DNA of 54,036 nucleotides, taken from Archaeoglobus sp. JdFR-37. GTDB lineage: Archaea > Halobacteriota > Archaeoglobi > Archaeoglobales > Archaeoglobaceae. The translations under genes were made by a program, and so were the position numbers. Positions within the stretch are counted from its first letter, which is position 1, and every line of letters begins with the position of its first letter. Of the stretch, positions 19,079 to 29,573 are shown piece by piece. The stretch spans positions 1-54,036 of the forward strand of contig MTMY01000028.1 of the NCBI GenBank assembly GCA_002010215.1, written 5' to 3'. The notes beneath the pieces are model-generated. The model was not told the DNA's origin. It did not search any database and saw only the letters and a list, made by a program, of their open reading frames with translations.

Positions 19079-20167
19079 ATGACTGGAAATACCTTTGGAA
19101 AACTCTTCAGGCTTACCACCTTCGGAGAGAGTCATGGAAGGGCGGTAGGATGCATTGTCGATGGCTGTCCTGCTGGTCTGGAGCTGAGTGAAGAGGATAT
19201 ACAGAAGGAGCTTGACAGGAGAAAACCAGGAGGGTGGCTGGCATCTCCAAGGAAGGAAAAAGATGAAGTCAGAATTCTTTCGGGTGTTTTCGAGGGGAAA
19301 ACTCTGGGCACGCCAATAACTATGATGGTGGAAAACAGAGATGTTGATTCAAGGCCATATGAGGAGATTAAAGATATTTTCCGCCCGGGTCATGCCGATT
19401 ACACCTACTACGCCAAGTATGGGATCAGAGACTGGAGGGGGGGTGGAAGGGCGTCTGCCAGAGAGACTGTTGCGAGAGTCGCAGGCGGGGCTATTGCAAA
19501 GAAACTTCTGGGAATGTTCGGAATCAAGGTGGTGGGTTACACCAAAGAGGTAGCAGGAATAGAGTGTGATGTCTCTGGTTTAACCCTAGATGAAATTGCA
19601 TCTAGGGCAGAGAAGAGCGACGTGAGGTGCCCTGACAGCGAAGCAGAGAAGCAGATGGTGGAGAGGATCGTTGAGGCAAGAAAAGAGGGAGACAGTGTTG
19701 GGGGGGTTGCTGAAGTGATAATATCCGGTGTGCCCCCCGGACTGGGTGAGCCGGTATTCTGGAAGCTCGACGCATATCTTGCCTTTGCCTTCATGGGTGT
19801 TCCTGCAGTTAAGGGAGTTGAAATAGGCTCAGGCTTTAGAGCGGTTAAAATGAAAGGCAGTGAGCACAACGACCGGATGAGGTGGGAGAAAGGCATCAAA
19901 TTTCTCAGCAATAATGCCGGAGGTGTGCTTGGAGGCATCAGCACGGGACAGGATATAATTATTAGAGCTGCCATCAAGCCTACAGCGAGCATAGCGAAGG
20001 TTCAGAAAACCGTTACACTTCATGGGGAGAATGTGGATATTTCTGTGAGGGGCAGACACGACCCCTGCATAGTTCCCAGAGCTGTTCCTGTGCTGGAAGC
20101 CATGGCAGCGCTGGTTATAGCTGATTGCATGATGCTTCAAGGCCTGATACCGAGATTCTTGGGATAG
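19079..20167 (+). CDS. aroC: Chorismate synthase
   Basis: [36 protein letters not shown]. Confidence 0.97.
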   Translation: MTGNTFGKLFRLTTFGESHGRAVGCIVDGCPAGLELSEEDIQKELDRRKPGGWLASPRKEKDEVRILSGVFEGKTLGTPITMMVENRDVDSRPYEEIKDIFRPGHADYTYYAKYGIRDWRGGGRASARETVARVAGGAIAKKLLGMFGIKVVGYTKEVAGIECDVSGLTLDEIASRAEKSDVRCPDSEAEKQMVERIVEARKEGDSVGGVAEVIISGVPPGLGEPVFWKLDAYLAFAFMGVPAVKGVEIGSGFRAVKMKGSEHNDRMRWEKGIKFLSNNAGGVLGGISTGQDIIIRAAIKPTASIAKVQKTVTLHGENVDISVRGRHDPCIVPRAVPVLEAMAALVIADCMMLQGLIPRFLG

Positions 20168-20226
20168 TCCTGCATGCAAAAATATTTAAATAGCTCAGTG
20201 TGAAGGGCAAAGGAGCGGTGATAACG

Positions 20227-20604
20227 ATGATCTGGCAGGGTAGAAGCAGGAGAAGTTATACAGGCAAGCTCCTCAAGGCTCACAGAAAGAAGAGGAAGTA
20301 TGAGTTGGGCAGAGTTCAGGTGGAGACCCTTATAGGCGAGAGAAAAATCAAGAAGGAGAGGGCAAGAGGCGGTAACATCAAGATAAAGCTGGTCAGGGAC
20401 ATGTACGCCAATGTCTATGTACCGTCTGAAGGTAAGGTCGTCAGAGCTGAGATAAGGAATGTTGTCAGCAATCCTGCCCATGTACATTATGCAAGGAGAA
20501 ACGTCATTACCAGAGGGGCCATAATCGAGACAAGCCTAGGTAAGGCGAGAGTTACCAACAGACCCAGCCAGGAAGGAATAATAAATGCTGTTCTGGTTGA
20601 GTAG
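20227..20604 (+). CDS. rps8e: 30S ribosomal protein S8e
   Basis: WQGRSRR, RKKRKYELGR, RARGGN, RPSQEG; TTTAAATA box near 20185. Confidence 0.95.
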   Translation: MIWQGRSRRSYTGKLLKAHRKKRKYELGRVQVETLIGERKIKKERARGGNIKIKLVRDMYANVYVPSEGKVVRAEIRNVVSNPAHVHYARRNVITRGAIIETSLGKARVTNRPSQEGIINAVLVE

Positions 20605-20766
20605 CTATTAATTATTTTTCGGCGTTTTATGAAATTTTTATGAACTCTGATTACTTTAACTTTTAATCTGAAATCAATCTAAATTCAGAGAAGTACTTAT
20701 CTAATTGTAGTGATCCGCTCACAGACTTAAGGCTTCGGATTCAGGTGTTATCGAGAGTTTCTTGGA

Positions 20767-22122
20767 CTATTCTCTAATCTTTCCTCTTCCTAACGAAATA
20801 AAGATTCCAATAAAGCAGAGAATAGAAAAAATGGCAAACGATATTTTCGTGCTTTCAAGTAAAAGTTGATACGTGGCAGGAGTTATTTCAGCCTTTCCGA
20901 TGTAGGTGGAGAATATAAACATCACTATTGCCATGCTGAACATCTGACCGAGCAGACGCATTGTGCCGAGCGTTGCAGAAGCAATTCCGTAAAACCTTCT
21001 TTCAACTGAACCCATGATGGCGTTTGCATTGGGAGAAGTAAACAGAGCGAAACCGAAACCCAGCAGCATCAGAGTTGGTACTATAATTGAAAGGGGAGTA
21101 TTTGCATCCAAATTGAAGAAAATCAGCAATCCTACAGTTATAATGGCCATACCTGCTGATGCAACTGTTCTTGGCTCGATTCTGTCAGAAAGCCATCCTG
21201 CCATAGGTGACAGCAACGCCATAACAACGGGCTGGGAAATCAGTATAAGGCCAGCCTCCTGCGGACCAAATCCCTTGATATACTGAAGATATAGGCTAAG
21301 AAGAAAACCCACAGCGAATGTAGCGCTATAATTAAGCAAAGCTGCAAGGTTTGAAAGGGTGAAGGTTGTATTCCTCCTGAACAGGCCTATTTCAAGAACT
21401 GGGTGCTTAGTTTTGCTCTCCCATATTAGAAAAGCGGAAAAGCTCAGGATGCTGAGAATTATCAGCGGTTCCATGAACTTGACCTCAGTGAGACCAAAGA
21501 TCAGGGAGGAGAGCATGATGCCATAGATGGCAGAACCGATAAAATCGAACTCCTCTCCTTCGGCCTCAGCCCACTCTCCTTTCAGCTCTCGTAGCATTAG
21601 GAGGATTATTACTCCCAGAGGGATGTTTAGCAGAAATATGCTCTTCCATCCAAAATGCTGGGTCAGAACCCCTCCAAGGAATGGGCCGAGGCTGAGGCCG
21701 ATATAAACTGCTGCAACATTAATCCCAAGAACCTTCCCCCTCTCATCCGACGGATATACTGATGTGAGTATGGCCATGCCTGTCCCGAATATCATAGCAC
21801 TTCCAATTCCCTGAAGGGTTCGGGCAGCGATGAGCATTTCAGCGGAGAATGATAGCACAGCAAAGAGAGAGGCAATTACAAAAATGAAAATTCCTAAGCC
21901 AAACACCTTCTTTCTTCCCTTTATGTCAGCTATTCTGCCTGATGGAACCAGAAAAACCGCAGCCGAAAGCAGATAGGATGTGGCTATCCAGCCAAGCAGG
22001 ATAGCATCCATCTTTAACTCACTGGCTATTGCTGGCAGCGCGATGTTTACTGAGGAAATTGTGAAGGGTGTGAGAAATGAGGCCATTGTTGCAGCCAATA
22101 GTGCCGCCTTTTTTACGTCCAT
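20767..22122 (-). CDS. MFS transporter, DHA2/EmrB-like
   Basis: Many TM segments, GRIADIKGRK motif A, LGPFLGGVL motif C. Confidence 0.9.
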   Translation of the reverse strand: MDVKKAALLAATMASFLTPFTISSVNIALPAIASELKMDAILLGWIATSYLLSAAVFLVPSGRIADIKGRKKVFGLGIFIFVIASLFAVLSFSAEMLIAARTLQGIGSAMIFGTGMAILTSVYPSDERGKVLGINVAAVYIGLSLGPFLGGVLTQHFGWKSIFLLNIPLGVIILLMLRELKGEWAEAEGEEFDFIGSAIYGIMLSSLIFGLTEVKFMEPLIILSILSFSAFLIWESKTKHPVLEIGLFRRNTTFTLSNLAALLNYSATFAVGFLLSLYLQYIKGFGPQEAGLILISQPVVMALLSPMAGWLSDRIEPRTVASAGMAIITVGLLIFFNLDANTPLSIIVPTLMLLGFGFALFTSPNANAIMGSVERRFYGIASATLGTMRLLGQMFSMAIVMFIFSTYIGKAEITPATYQLLLESTKISFAIFSILCFIGIFISLGRGKIRE

Positions 22123-22217
22123 GTCACCCCCTCACTAGTAACTGATTTCACAACATTTGAAGATAAAATTGTATCGGTAACCGATAATTTTAACTATTTG
22201 TAAAATTAGCTTTCACC

Positions 22218-23117
22218 ATGCAGAAGCTCAGCGAACACATCTATTTTGTTGAAGGTGAGAATGGTGGTAAATATCCATTCTGCAACTGTTTGCTGATAAA
22301 GGATGAAAAAAGCTGTTTGATTGACACTGGAGCTGGGAGAACACTCAAAGAGCTAAAACTGGATACCTCGGACTTCATCCTGAACTCACACTGGCATGAG
22401 GATCACATAGCCTATAACGGTCTGCTGGATTCCAAGATATGCGTTCATGAGCTAGATGCTGAAGCTGCAGAATCCTTCGATGAGTTCAAAAGGAGGTACG
22501 GTTTGCCAGATGAGCTTGTGAATCTGTTCATAAAATTATGGTTTGAGGAAAGGTTTAAGGAAATTGCCTTTTCAGGAATAGATGTTCGCTTCGGCGATGG
22601 GGAGGAATTTGAACTAGGTGAGACCGTTGTAAGAGCAATCCACACTCCTGGCCACTCCGCTGGCCATTCTTGTTTTTTAATTCAAAACGGAAATTTCAAG
22701 TTGATATATCTTGGAGACATCGATCTCACGTCTTTTGGCCCTTGGTATGGCTGTTTGGATTGCAATGTTGAAGAGTTTGTAGAATCGATAACCAGAGTGA
22801 TGAAAATCGTTGATGATGAGGAGGTTGAATTGGTTATTTCCAGCCATAAGGGAGTTGTCAGTGGGAAGGAGAAAATTGTAGAAGGTCTAAAGAGCTATCT
22901 TGAGAAGATACAGGAGAGAGAAAACAAAATTTTGAATTTGCTATCTTCTGAAGAGAGCAGCGAGAATCTGGTTGGGAAAGGAATAGTCTACTGGAAATTC
23001 CCAGAACCCCAGGAGATTTTCAGGCATTTTGAAACGGTTATGGTTGAGAAGCATCTGGAAAGACTGGTAAAGAAGGGTAGGGTAGCAAGGTTAGGGGATG
23101 GGTTTGTTAGGATTTAA
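22218..23117 (+). CDS. Metallo-beta-lactamase-fold hydrolase with C-terminal winged-helix-like domain
   Basis: SHWHEDH, HTPGHSAGH, GDID, SSH. Confidence 0.85.
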   Translation: MQKLSEHIYFVEGENGGKYPFCNCLLIKDEKSCLIDTGAGRTLKELKLDTSDFILNSHWHEDHIAYNGLLDSKICVHELDAEAAESFDEFKRRYGLPDELVNLFIKLWFEERFKEIAFSGIDVRFGDGEEFELGETVVRAIHTPGHSAGHSCFLIQNGNFKLIYLGDIDLTSFGPWYGCLDCNVEEFVESITRVMKIVDDEEVELVISSHKGVVSGKEKIVEGLKSYLEKIQERENKILNLLSSEESSENLVGKGIVYWKFPEPQEIFRHFETVMVEKHLERLVKKGRVARLGDGFVRI

Positions 23118-23171
23118 GAAATTATAACATAAGAATTATTTTAATTAAATATATAAAATAAATCTAAATTG

Positions 23172-23213
23172 ATGAAGCTACGGGATGGAGGAGGGGCTGA
23201 GTGGGATAAATAA
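23172..23213 (+). CDS. Putative 13-aa micropeptide MKLRDGGGAEWDK
   Basis: ATG AAG CTA CGG GAT GGA GGA GGG GCT GAG TGG GAT AAA TAA; TTAAATA at 23145-23151 fits a leaderless promoter; paralogs at 43878 and 49267. Confidence 0.6.
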   Translation: MKLRDGGGAEWDK

Positions 23214-23252
23214 TTGACAAAGTGATAGAGTAGCTCAATCTGTCAAAAAAGC

Positions 23253-23870
23253 TCACGATCTCAGCGCATTTAGGAACTTTCTGATTCTTTCCACACTTTT
23301 AACTCCGTTTTCTTCAACACCTGATGACACGTCAACCCCTACAGGTTTGACGAAACTTACAGCCTCTTTCACGTTCTCAGGAGTTAAGCCACCTGCAAGT
23401 ATCACTGGCAGATTTGCAGCGACGATTCTACTGACTCTAAGATCATGCATTATTCCTGTGCCGCATCCACTGTCCAGAAGGTAGTAATCTACATCAAATC
23501 TCTCAGCAAACCTCAAAATTGCTTTTGCATCTCTCTCAGGATTCGTTGAGCTTGCTGGAACAGTAACGGCTTTTATAATCAGCCCATCGAAGTCAACATC
23601 TATCTCCGCCTCAGTATGGATCTGCAATCCTGCAGGTTCCAGAGATGCAATTTCCTGATAATCTATGAGAGCAGTGCTGTTTGAAACCAAAATAACGTTG
23701 TCAAAGCATCCAATTATCTCTGCTGCTCTTTCTAGGCTTACACTCCTTCTTGAATTGCTCTTTACAACGACTCCTATAAAGTCTGCTCCTTCAGCTTTTC
23801 CAGCTTCTCCAGCCATTTCCACCATTTCTGCCTCTTCAATGCTTTTTATTCCGCAAATCTTTACCAACAT
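23253..23870 (-). CDS. trpF: Phosphoribosylanthranilate isomerase
   Basis: VKICGI, LQIH, LAGGLTPENV, GVDVSSGVE. Confidence 0.93.
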   Translation of the reverse strand: MLVKICGIKSIEEAEMVEMAGEAGKAEGADFIGVVVKSNSRRSVSLERAAEIIGCFDNVILVSNSTALIDYQEIASLEPAGLQIHTEAEIDVDFDGLIIKAVTVPASSTNPERDAKAILRFAERFDVDYYLLDSGCGTGIMHDLRVSRIVAANLPVILAGGLTPENVKEAVSFVKPVGVDVSSGVEENGVKSVERIRKFLNALRS

Positions 23871-24414
23871 ATTCTCTCACCCAGTTACTGATTATTCTCA
23901 TCCCGTGAGGTGTCAGAACGCTCTCAGGATGGAACTGAAGGCCGATGACGTCTAACTTCCTCGATTCGATGGACATCACCACTCCATCATCAGAGACGGA
24001 CGTGATGCTGAATCCCTTTGGAACTCTTTTAATGGCAAGTGAATGGTAGCGACCTGCAAGAAACGGATTAGGGAGGTCTCGAAAAACGCCCTTTTTTCTG
24101 TGGAAAATTCTGCTCTGCTTTCCATGGACAGGCTTCACCCTCCCAACTTCTCCGCCATAAACTTCAGCAACAATCTGGTGACCCAGACAGATTCCAAGAA
24201 GCGGCTGAAACTCCGCAGCAACTTCGGGAGAATTACCGGAATCCTTACCGAATGGCTCTCCCGGACCAGGAGATATGATGACGCCATCAGGATTCAGCTT
24301 TTTAATCTCCCCAAGTGGAGTTGAGGATGGAATAACCTTCACTCTGTCGAAATACGAAACATACTCGGCTATATTCCAGACGAATGAATCCTTATTGTCT
24401 ACTATCACTATCAT
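23836..24414 (-). CDS. trpG: Anthranilate synthase component II
   Basis: DNKDSF, ISPGPG, GICLGHQ, QFHPES. Confidence 0.93.
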   Translation of the reverse strand: MIVIVDNKDSFVWNIAEYVSYFDRVKVIPSSTPLGEIKKLNPDGVIISPGPGEPFGKDSGNSPEVAAEFQPLLGICLGHQIVAEVYGGEVGRVKPVHGKQSRIFHRKKGVFRDLPNPFLAGRYHSLAIKRVPKGFSITSVSDDGVVMSIESRKLDVIGLQFHPESVLTPHGMRIISNWVREYVGKDLRNKKH

Positions 24415-25712
24415 ATTTCACCAACACCTTTGTTACGATCAATCCCCAGGGCCTTCAAAGCTGGAAGCATCTTCCTCTCTGTCTCGTGAAACTCCTTCAC
24501 TGGCTTCGAATCGGCAACGATTCCAGCACCACTTCTTACTACCGCTTTACCATTTCTGAACTCCACCATTCTAATTGCTATGGCCATGTCGGCGTTTCCG
24601 TTGGTGGAGAAATATCCCACACCACCGCCATAAGCGCCCCTGTTGCTCCTCTCGATCTCTGAAATAATCTCCATGGCCCTGACTTTAGGTGCCCCGGTAA
24701 GAGTTCCGGCGGGAAAAGCAGCCTCAATGCCCTGAAAGTGCGATGTTGTAAGTTCTCCTGTAACGGTACTCTCTATGTGCATGACATGGGAGTACTTTAT
24801 AACATCCATAAACCTCTCCACCTTCACACTTCCTGCTCTGCACACCTTTCTAACGTCGTTTCTGGCCAGATCAACCAGCATCGCATGTTCAGCCCTTTCT
24901 TTCTCGTCATTCAGCAGCCTGGCAGCAAGCTCATCATCTTCTCTGCTATTATCACCCCTCCTGATGGTTCCGGCGATAGGGTTCACTATCATCTTTCCAT
25001 TGAAAATTGATGCGAGGGTTTCAGGAGATGCGCCACAAAGCGAAACATCATCGAACTCAAGCAGAAACATGTAGGGACTGAGACTTACTTCCCTGAGCCT
25101 TAAATAAGCCTGAAATGGGCTGAGATTCGTCTCCACATCATACTTCCGGGATATGACCACCTGAAATACATCTCCAGCATAAATGTGCTCCTTCGCTTTC
25201 TCAACCATCTCAAGGAATTCATGGGATTCTGCATCACATGACGCAATGTGGGATTCGGGCTCAAATGTTTCAAGCTCAATCTTTCTGGCTTTTCTGATGA
25301 TGTTCTTACAATCTACATCTTTCCCACTGAAGAATACATGTCTTGCAACGTGATCCACTATGAAATAGCTGGTATAATATCCGAACACTGAAGGCGTTTT
25401 GACTTTCATTCCAATGTAGGGATGAGCAGCATCATATGCTGCAAATCCCACAAACCCCCCTGAGAACCTTCTGTTTCCATGTGACATTTTTTTCGTCCTG
25501 CTGCTTATTTCATCAACCATTTCGCCCATTTTATCCTCAAGCTCCCTGAAAAGAAGCCCATCCTTCACTTCAACCACAAATTCGGGGGCGAAGCCAATGA
25601 AGGTGTAGCGATGTCTGCCTATTTTCTCCTTGGTTTCCAGAATGAAGGAGTAGCCTTCTTCTCTGACGGCTGCATATAGCTTTACGGGATCAACGTAATC
25701 CAGCTTTTCCAT
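24411..25712 (-). CDS. trpE: Anthranilate synthase component I
   Basis: GDVFQVV, PIAGT, KERAEHAMLVDLARND, FPAGTLTGAPK, GAGIVADS; start placed at ATG 25712 just past the trpD stop. Confidence 0.93.
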   Translation of the reverse strand: MEKLDYVDPVKLYAAVREEGYSFILETKEKIGRHRYTFIGFAPEFVVEVKDGLLFRELEDKMGEMVDEISSRTKKMSHGNRRFSGGFVGFAAYDAAHPYIGMKVKTPSVFGYYTSYFIVDHVARHVFFSGKDVDCKNIIRKARKIELETFEPESHIASCDAESHEFLEMVEKAKEHIYAGDVFQVVISRKYDVETNLSPFQAYLRLREVSLSPYMFLLEFDDVSLCGASPETLASIFNGKMIVNPIAGTIRRGDNSREDDELAARLLNDEKERAEHAMLVDLARNDVRKVCRAGSVKVERFMDVIKYSHVMHIESTVTGELTTSHFQGIEAAFPAGTLTGAPKVRAMEIISEIERSNRGAYGGGVGYFSTNGNADMAIAIRMVEFRNGKAVVRSGAGIVADSKPVKEFHETERKMLPALKALGIDRNKGVGEI

Positions 25713-25713
25713 G

Positions 25714-26712
25714 TCACCCGTATCCTCCATATCCTCCATATTTCCTCAGTTCTTCCAGCTTTTTAACTGCAATTCCATTGTCGATGAGATTCTTGGCCAC
25801 CTGATATCCCTCTCTGAAATCAGAGACTCTTCCAGCAGCGTAGAGGGCTGCAGAAGCGTTCATCAGGATGAATTCCCTATCGTATCCTTTCCTTCCTCTG
25901 AAAACTGCCTCAATTCTAGCTGCACTCTCTTCACTGCTGCTGCAAACCACTCTGGAAACCCTGAACTCCTCCACTCCGAACTCGGAAGGTGAGATGGTGT
26001 AAACTTCAACCTCTCGCTGCCTTTCAACCTCCGCCACCAGCGTGTAGCCTTCCGGGCTCACCTCATCCAAGCTTGAACCAACTGCCAGCCCTTCTATGCC
26101 TACAATCTGCATTGCCTCTCCCATCATCTGAACGACTTCCCCTCTGCATCCTATAATCTGTCTATCAGGCAGTGCAGGATTGCAGAGAGGGCCTAGGAGA
26201 TTAAAAATAGTTTTAATTCCGAGTTTTCGTCTGATGGGCATTATTCTGGAGAGGACAGGGTGGTATAGAGGGGCGTGCAGAAAAACGTAGTTAACTGCTT
26301 CGAGCATACCTGCAGCTTTTTCGGGAGGTGGAACAGGAATTCCCAGCCTTTCAAGGACATCTGAGCTCCCACTGCTTGACGTTACGGCTCTGTTACCGTG
26401 CTTTGCCACTTTCATGACAGAAGAAAGCAGGATTGAGACTGCTGTGCTCACGTTTATCGTGGAGCTGCCGTCACCACCAGTTCCGCAGGTGTCCAGCTCT
26501 GCTTTGGCATCGATCCTCACCATGTTCTCTCTCAAATACTCTGCAAATCCTGCCAGCACCTCTGCATCGTAGCCCTTCGCTTCCAGAGCCGCCAGCATTG
26601 CAGCAGCCCTTATTTCGTCGGAAAGCACAAGCTCATTGATGAGATTTTTTGCATCATCAAAGTTGATTTCACCGTTCACAACAATTTCTAGCATCTTAAT
26701 CCCATCCATCAT
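25714..26712 (-). CDS. trpD: Anthranilate phosphoribosyltransferase
   Basis: DTCGTGGDG, INVST, KHGNR, FNLLGPLCNP, LDE. Confidence 0.95.
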   Translation of the reverse strand: MMDGIKMLEIVVNGEINFDDAKNLINELVLSDEIRAAAMLAALEAKGYDAEVLAGFAEYLRENMVRIDAKAELDTCGTGGDGSSTINVSTAVSILLSSVMKVAKHGNRAVTSSSGSSDVLERLGIPVPPPEKAAGMLEAVNYVFLHAPLYHPVLSRIMPIRRKLGIKTIFNLLGPLCNPALPDRQIIGCRGEVVQMMGEAMQIVGIEGLAVGSSLDEVSPEGYTLVAEVERQREVEVYTISPSEFGVEEFRVSRVVCSSSEESAARIEAVFRGRKGYDREFILMNASAALYAAGRVSDFREGYQVAKNLIDNGIAVKKLEELRKYGGYGGYG

Positions 26713-26724
26713 TTATACACCTAT

Positions 26725-27393
26725 TTATACCTCCACAAACCTTCTGACCTCTTTTTCGGGGTTTGGTGCAAGCATGAAGTGCGTTCCTATAAGTGCGGCA
26801 TCGCAGTAGCTCAAAATGGCTTTTAGATCTTCAACACTCCTTATTCCGCTCATTCCTACAATAAATTCGCATTTCTCCCTCATTAGAGGTGATAGTCTTA
26901 GGCTTATCCCAAGATCCACGTTCTCCGGTGATAGAATGTCCCGATTATTTATCCCTCCAAGCTCCAGACTATCGATGTATCTAAGCTCTTGGTGGCTGTG
27001 AATTTCCACAAGGGCATCAAGACCACATTCTTTTGCTAGGTCGACGAAGTCCATGGTTTCCTCTTTCAGGATTTTGGCAATGAGCAGAATTGCATCAGCC
27101 CCCGCCTTAGCGGTCACCTCAACTTCCTTCCGATTTCTCACGAAATCCTTTCTCAGAACCGGAAGCCCGGTAATGCTGCATATCTCTTGAAGAGATTTCA
27201 GGCTGCCTCCAAAGGAAGGTGAGGTGATATATGAGATTGCACACGCTCTGCCACCTTCATATGCATCAACGAGCTCACTAATGCTTCTACCATTCAGCAA
27301 ATCGCCGAGGGTGGGCGATACTGCTTTTATTTCCGCTATTATCGCATTTCCTTTTTTACGACACTTTTTCGCATTTTTGAGGAATCTTCCCAT
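26725..27393 (-). CDS. trpC: Indole-3-glycerol-phosphate synthase
   Basis: IIAEIKAVSP, PVLRKDF, GADAILLI, LVEIH, GINNR, SGI. Confidence 0.9.
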   Translation of the reverse strand: MGRFLKNAKKCRKKGNAIIAEIKAVSPTLGDLLNGRSISELVDAYEGGRACAISYITSPSFGGSLKSLQEICSITGLPVLRKDFVRNRKEVEVTAKAGADAILLIAKILKEETMDFVDLAKECGLDALVEIHSHQELRYIDSLELGGINNRDILSPENVDLGISLRLSPLMREKCEFIVGMSGIRSVEDLKAILSYCDAALIGTHFMLAPNPEKEVRRFVEV

Positions 27394-27560
27394 ATTACAG
27401 GTATGAGCTTGAAATGTGTATATAACTCTTTCGGTATAATATATGCAATATAAATATTTGTTAAATTAATCAACTTCCAGCATTCTATCAGATTTTAAAG
27501 TATGTTTTTTATAATGAGCTTCTTTGAAAAACTTTTATAGGTTCTTAGAAAACTGAAGGT

Positions 27561-28343
27561 ATGCAATTCGGGTGGAACCCGTGCATTGAGCTGGAAGGAA
27601 AAATGCACTCCATAATAAAAGATGCTTTCTGGCTCAGGAGGCACCATTCTGATTTCACAATCCTAGAATTCAGCATAGACTATCATGTGGCTGCCAGATT
27701 GGATAAAGTGTTCAATCCGGATGTTAGGAGGGCTTTGAAAAATTTCATAACTGAAAATGATTTCCAGCTCTTTCTGCATGTTTTATATTCGGGCAAAGGC
27801 ATTCGGCCGGGGAATGAGGATTATCTGGATGAAGCTAATTGGATTGCGGAATTCTTCTCTTTCGCTGAACCTTCACTGATTATTCTGCATTCCGGCAGGA
27901 GAGCTCGGAGAGAAATTGATGAATTTCTGGATTATGTAAGGGATGCCCTGAAATCCATCCCTTTTGGGGCTGCAGTGGAAGTGGGAAGAAAAGGCTTTTT
28001 TCCGGCAAGCTTTGAAGAACTCGAAGTGTTTGCTTCAAGAGTGCCTGTTGTTCTGAACACATCTCTGCTCTGGGCAATGGCAGAATTCAGCGAAGAGAAG
28101 CTTGAAGCTGGCCTTGCAGAAGCGAGAAACTGGATGGTGGAAAGCATTCACTGGGGTGGGAGTAAAAGGAGGGGAGGAGATAAAAGAGAGCTGCACAACC
28201 TCCCCCTTTCAACTCCCGGTTTCCCGCTGGAAAGATTTGCTTCACTCCTCAAATGTGAAAACAATGTGCTGGAAATTGTGGGGGCGAATGTAACTAAAAT
28301 TAATGAAGAACTTAGAGCCTTAAAGGCTGCTCTAGGATTCTAA
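27561..28343 (+). CDS. Hypothetical protein, probable xylose isomerase / AP endonuclease 2-like TIM barrel
   Basis: 260 aa; spacing of ILHSG, AVE, VLNTS, SIHW, ELHNLPL, VLEI resembles that fold; TTTTATA box about 25 nt upstream. Confidence 0.5.
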   Translation: MQFGWNPCIELEGKMHSIIKDAFWLRRHHSDFTILEFSIDYHVAARLDKVFNPDVRRALKNFITENDFQLFLHVLYSGKGIRPGNEDYLDEANWIAEFFSFAEPSLIILHSGRRARREIDEFLDYVRDALKSIPFGAAVEVGRKGFFPASFEELEVFASRVPVVLNTSLLWAMAEFSEEKLEAGLAEARNWMVESIHWGGSKRRGGDKRELHNLPLSTPGFPLERFASLLKCENNVLEIVGANVTKINEELRALKAALGF

Positions 28344-28420
28344 AGCTTCTAAAGCTCTAAACAGAAAACGATAAGTATCTTCGCCTATTGTCGGTGTTAT
28401 TAATTATTAAGGGTGATGAC

Positions 28421-29569
28421 ATGAGGCTGCACGAGTATCAGGCGAAGCAAATCTTTTCTGAACATGGCATACCGATTGCAAAGGGTGAAGTTGCTACAAG
28501 TGTGGATGATGTGCGCAAAATTGCTGAAAAACTCGGTGGCAAGGTCGTTCTGAAGTCTCAGGTTCTTGTAGGTGGGAGAGGCAAGGCAGGAGGAATAAAG
28601 CTGTCCAATAGTGCTGAAGAGGCTGAAGAGCTTGCCAGAGAACTTTTCGGGAAGGTCATTAAAGGGCATCTGGTCAGCAAAATCTATGTGGAGGAACAGC
28701 TTGCCATTGATAAAGAGATGTACGTGGGCTTCACGCTGGATAGGAGTAGAAAGGGCTTCACACTGATAGTCAGCAGTGTTGGCGGTATGGATATCGAGGA
28801 GATAGCTGCAGAGCATCCCGACAGAATAGCCAGCGTAACAGTCGATCCCATATACGGCCTCTGGGATTACCAGATAAGAAATGTGCTTTACGCTGCTGGT
28901 ATGCCAAAGGAGTATTTCAAACAGGTTACGGCCATAATAAAATCCCTTTACAGCATTCTTGTCAAATATGAGGCTGAACTTACCGAAATCAACCCCCTTG
29001 TGGTTACAAAATCTGGAGAGATGATTGCTGCTGACGCAAGACTCAACATCGATGACAATGCGTTATACCGCCACAAAGAGCTTGAGAAGCTGAGGGATTA
29101 CACTGAAGTGAATCAGCTTGAGAGGATAGCCGACGAAAAAGGCCTGAATTACGTCAAACTGGACGGAAATATTGGTGTTATTGCCAACGGCGCAGGTATG
29201 TCAATGGCAACCATGGATCTGATCTATCTTGAAGGCGGGAAGCCGGCCAACTTCTTGGACATAGGAGGGGGAGCCAGCAGTGAAGTGGTCAAGGAAGCCA
29301 TAAGCACCATTTTGATGGATGAAAACGTCAAGGTCATCTTCATGAACATATTTGGCGGTATAACTAGGTGTGATGAGGTTGCCAACGGCTTGGTTAAGGC
29401 CTTTTCAGATATGGAAGTTTCAACGCCTATTGTGCTGAGGCTAGCTGGCACGAATGAGGAGGAGGGCAGACAAATCATTCAGAAGTTCGTTAAGAAAAGC
29501 GGTATAGGCATTTATGTTGTAGAGACAATGGAAGAAGGAGCGAAAAAAGCTGTTGAACTGGCGAGGTGA
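28421..29569 (+). CDS. sucC: Succinyl-CoA synthetase beta subunit
   Basis: [45 protein letters not shown]. Confidence 0.96.
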   Translation: MRLHEYQAKQIFSEHGIPIAKGEVATSVDDVRKIAEKLGGKVVLKSQVLVGGRGKAGGIKLSNSAEEAEELARELFGKVIKGHLVSKIYVEEQLAIDKEMYVGFTLDRSRKGFTLIVSSVGGMDIEEIAAEHPDRIASVTVDPIYGLWDYQIRNVLYAAGMPKEYFKQVTAIIKSLYSILVKYEAELTEINPLVVTKSGEMIAADARLNIDDNALYRHKELEKLRDYTEVNQLERIADEKGLNYVKLDGNIGVIANGAGMSMATMDLIYLEGGKPANFLDIGGGASSEVVKEAISTILMDENVKVIFMNIFGGITRCDEVANGLVKAFSDMEVSTPIVLRLAGTNEEEGRQIIQKFVKKSGIGIYVVETMEEGAKKAVELAR

Positions 29570-29573
29570 GCTT

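Noticed and set aside
20605..20766. Possible SRP RNA downstream of rps8e
   Set aside because: The gap is about 160 bp and AT-rich, too short and unstructured for an archaeal 7S RNA.
23170..23200. C/D box sRNA reading of the repeat (TTGATGA...CTGA)
   Set aside because: Only about 20 nt between the boxes, no D'/C' pair, and the boxes are not conserved in the other copies; the codon pattern explains the conservation better.
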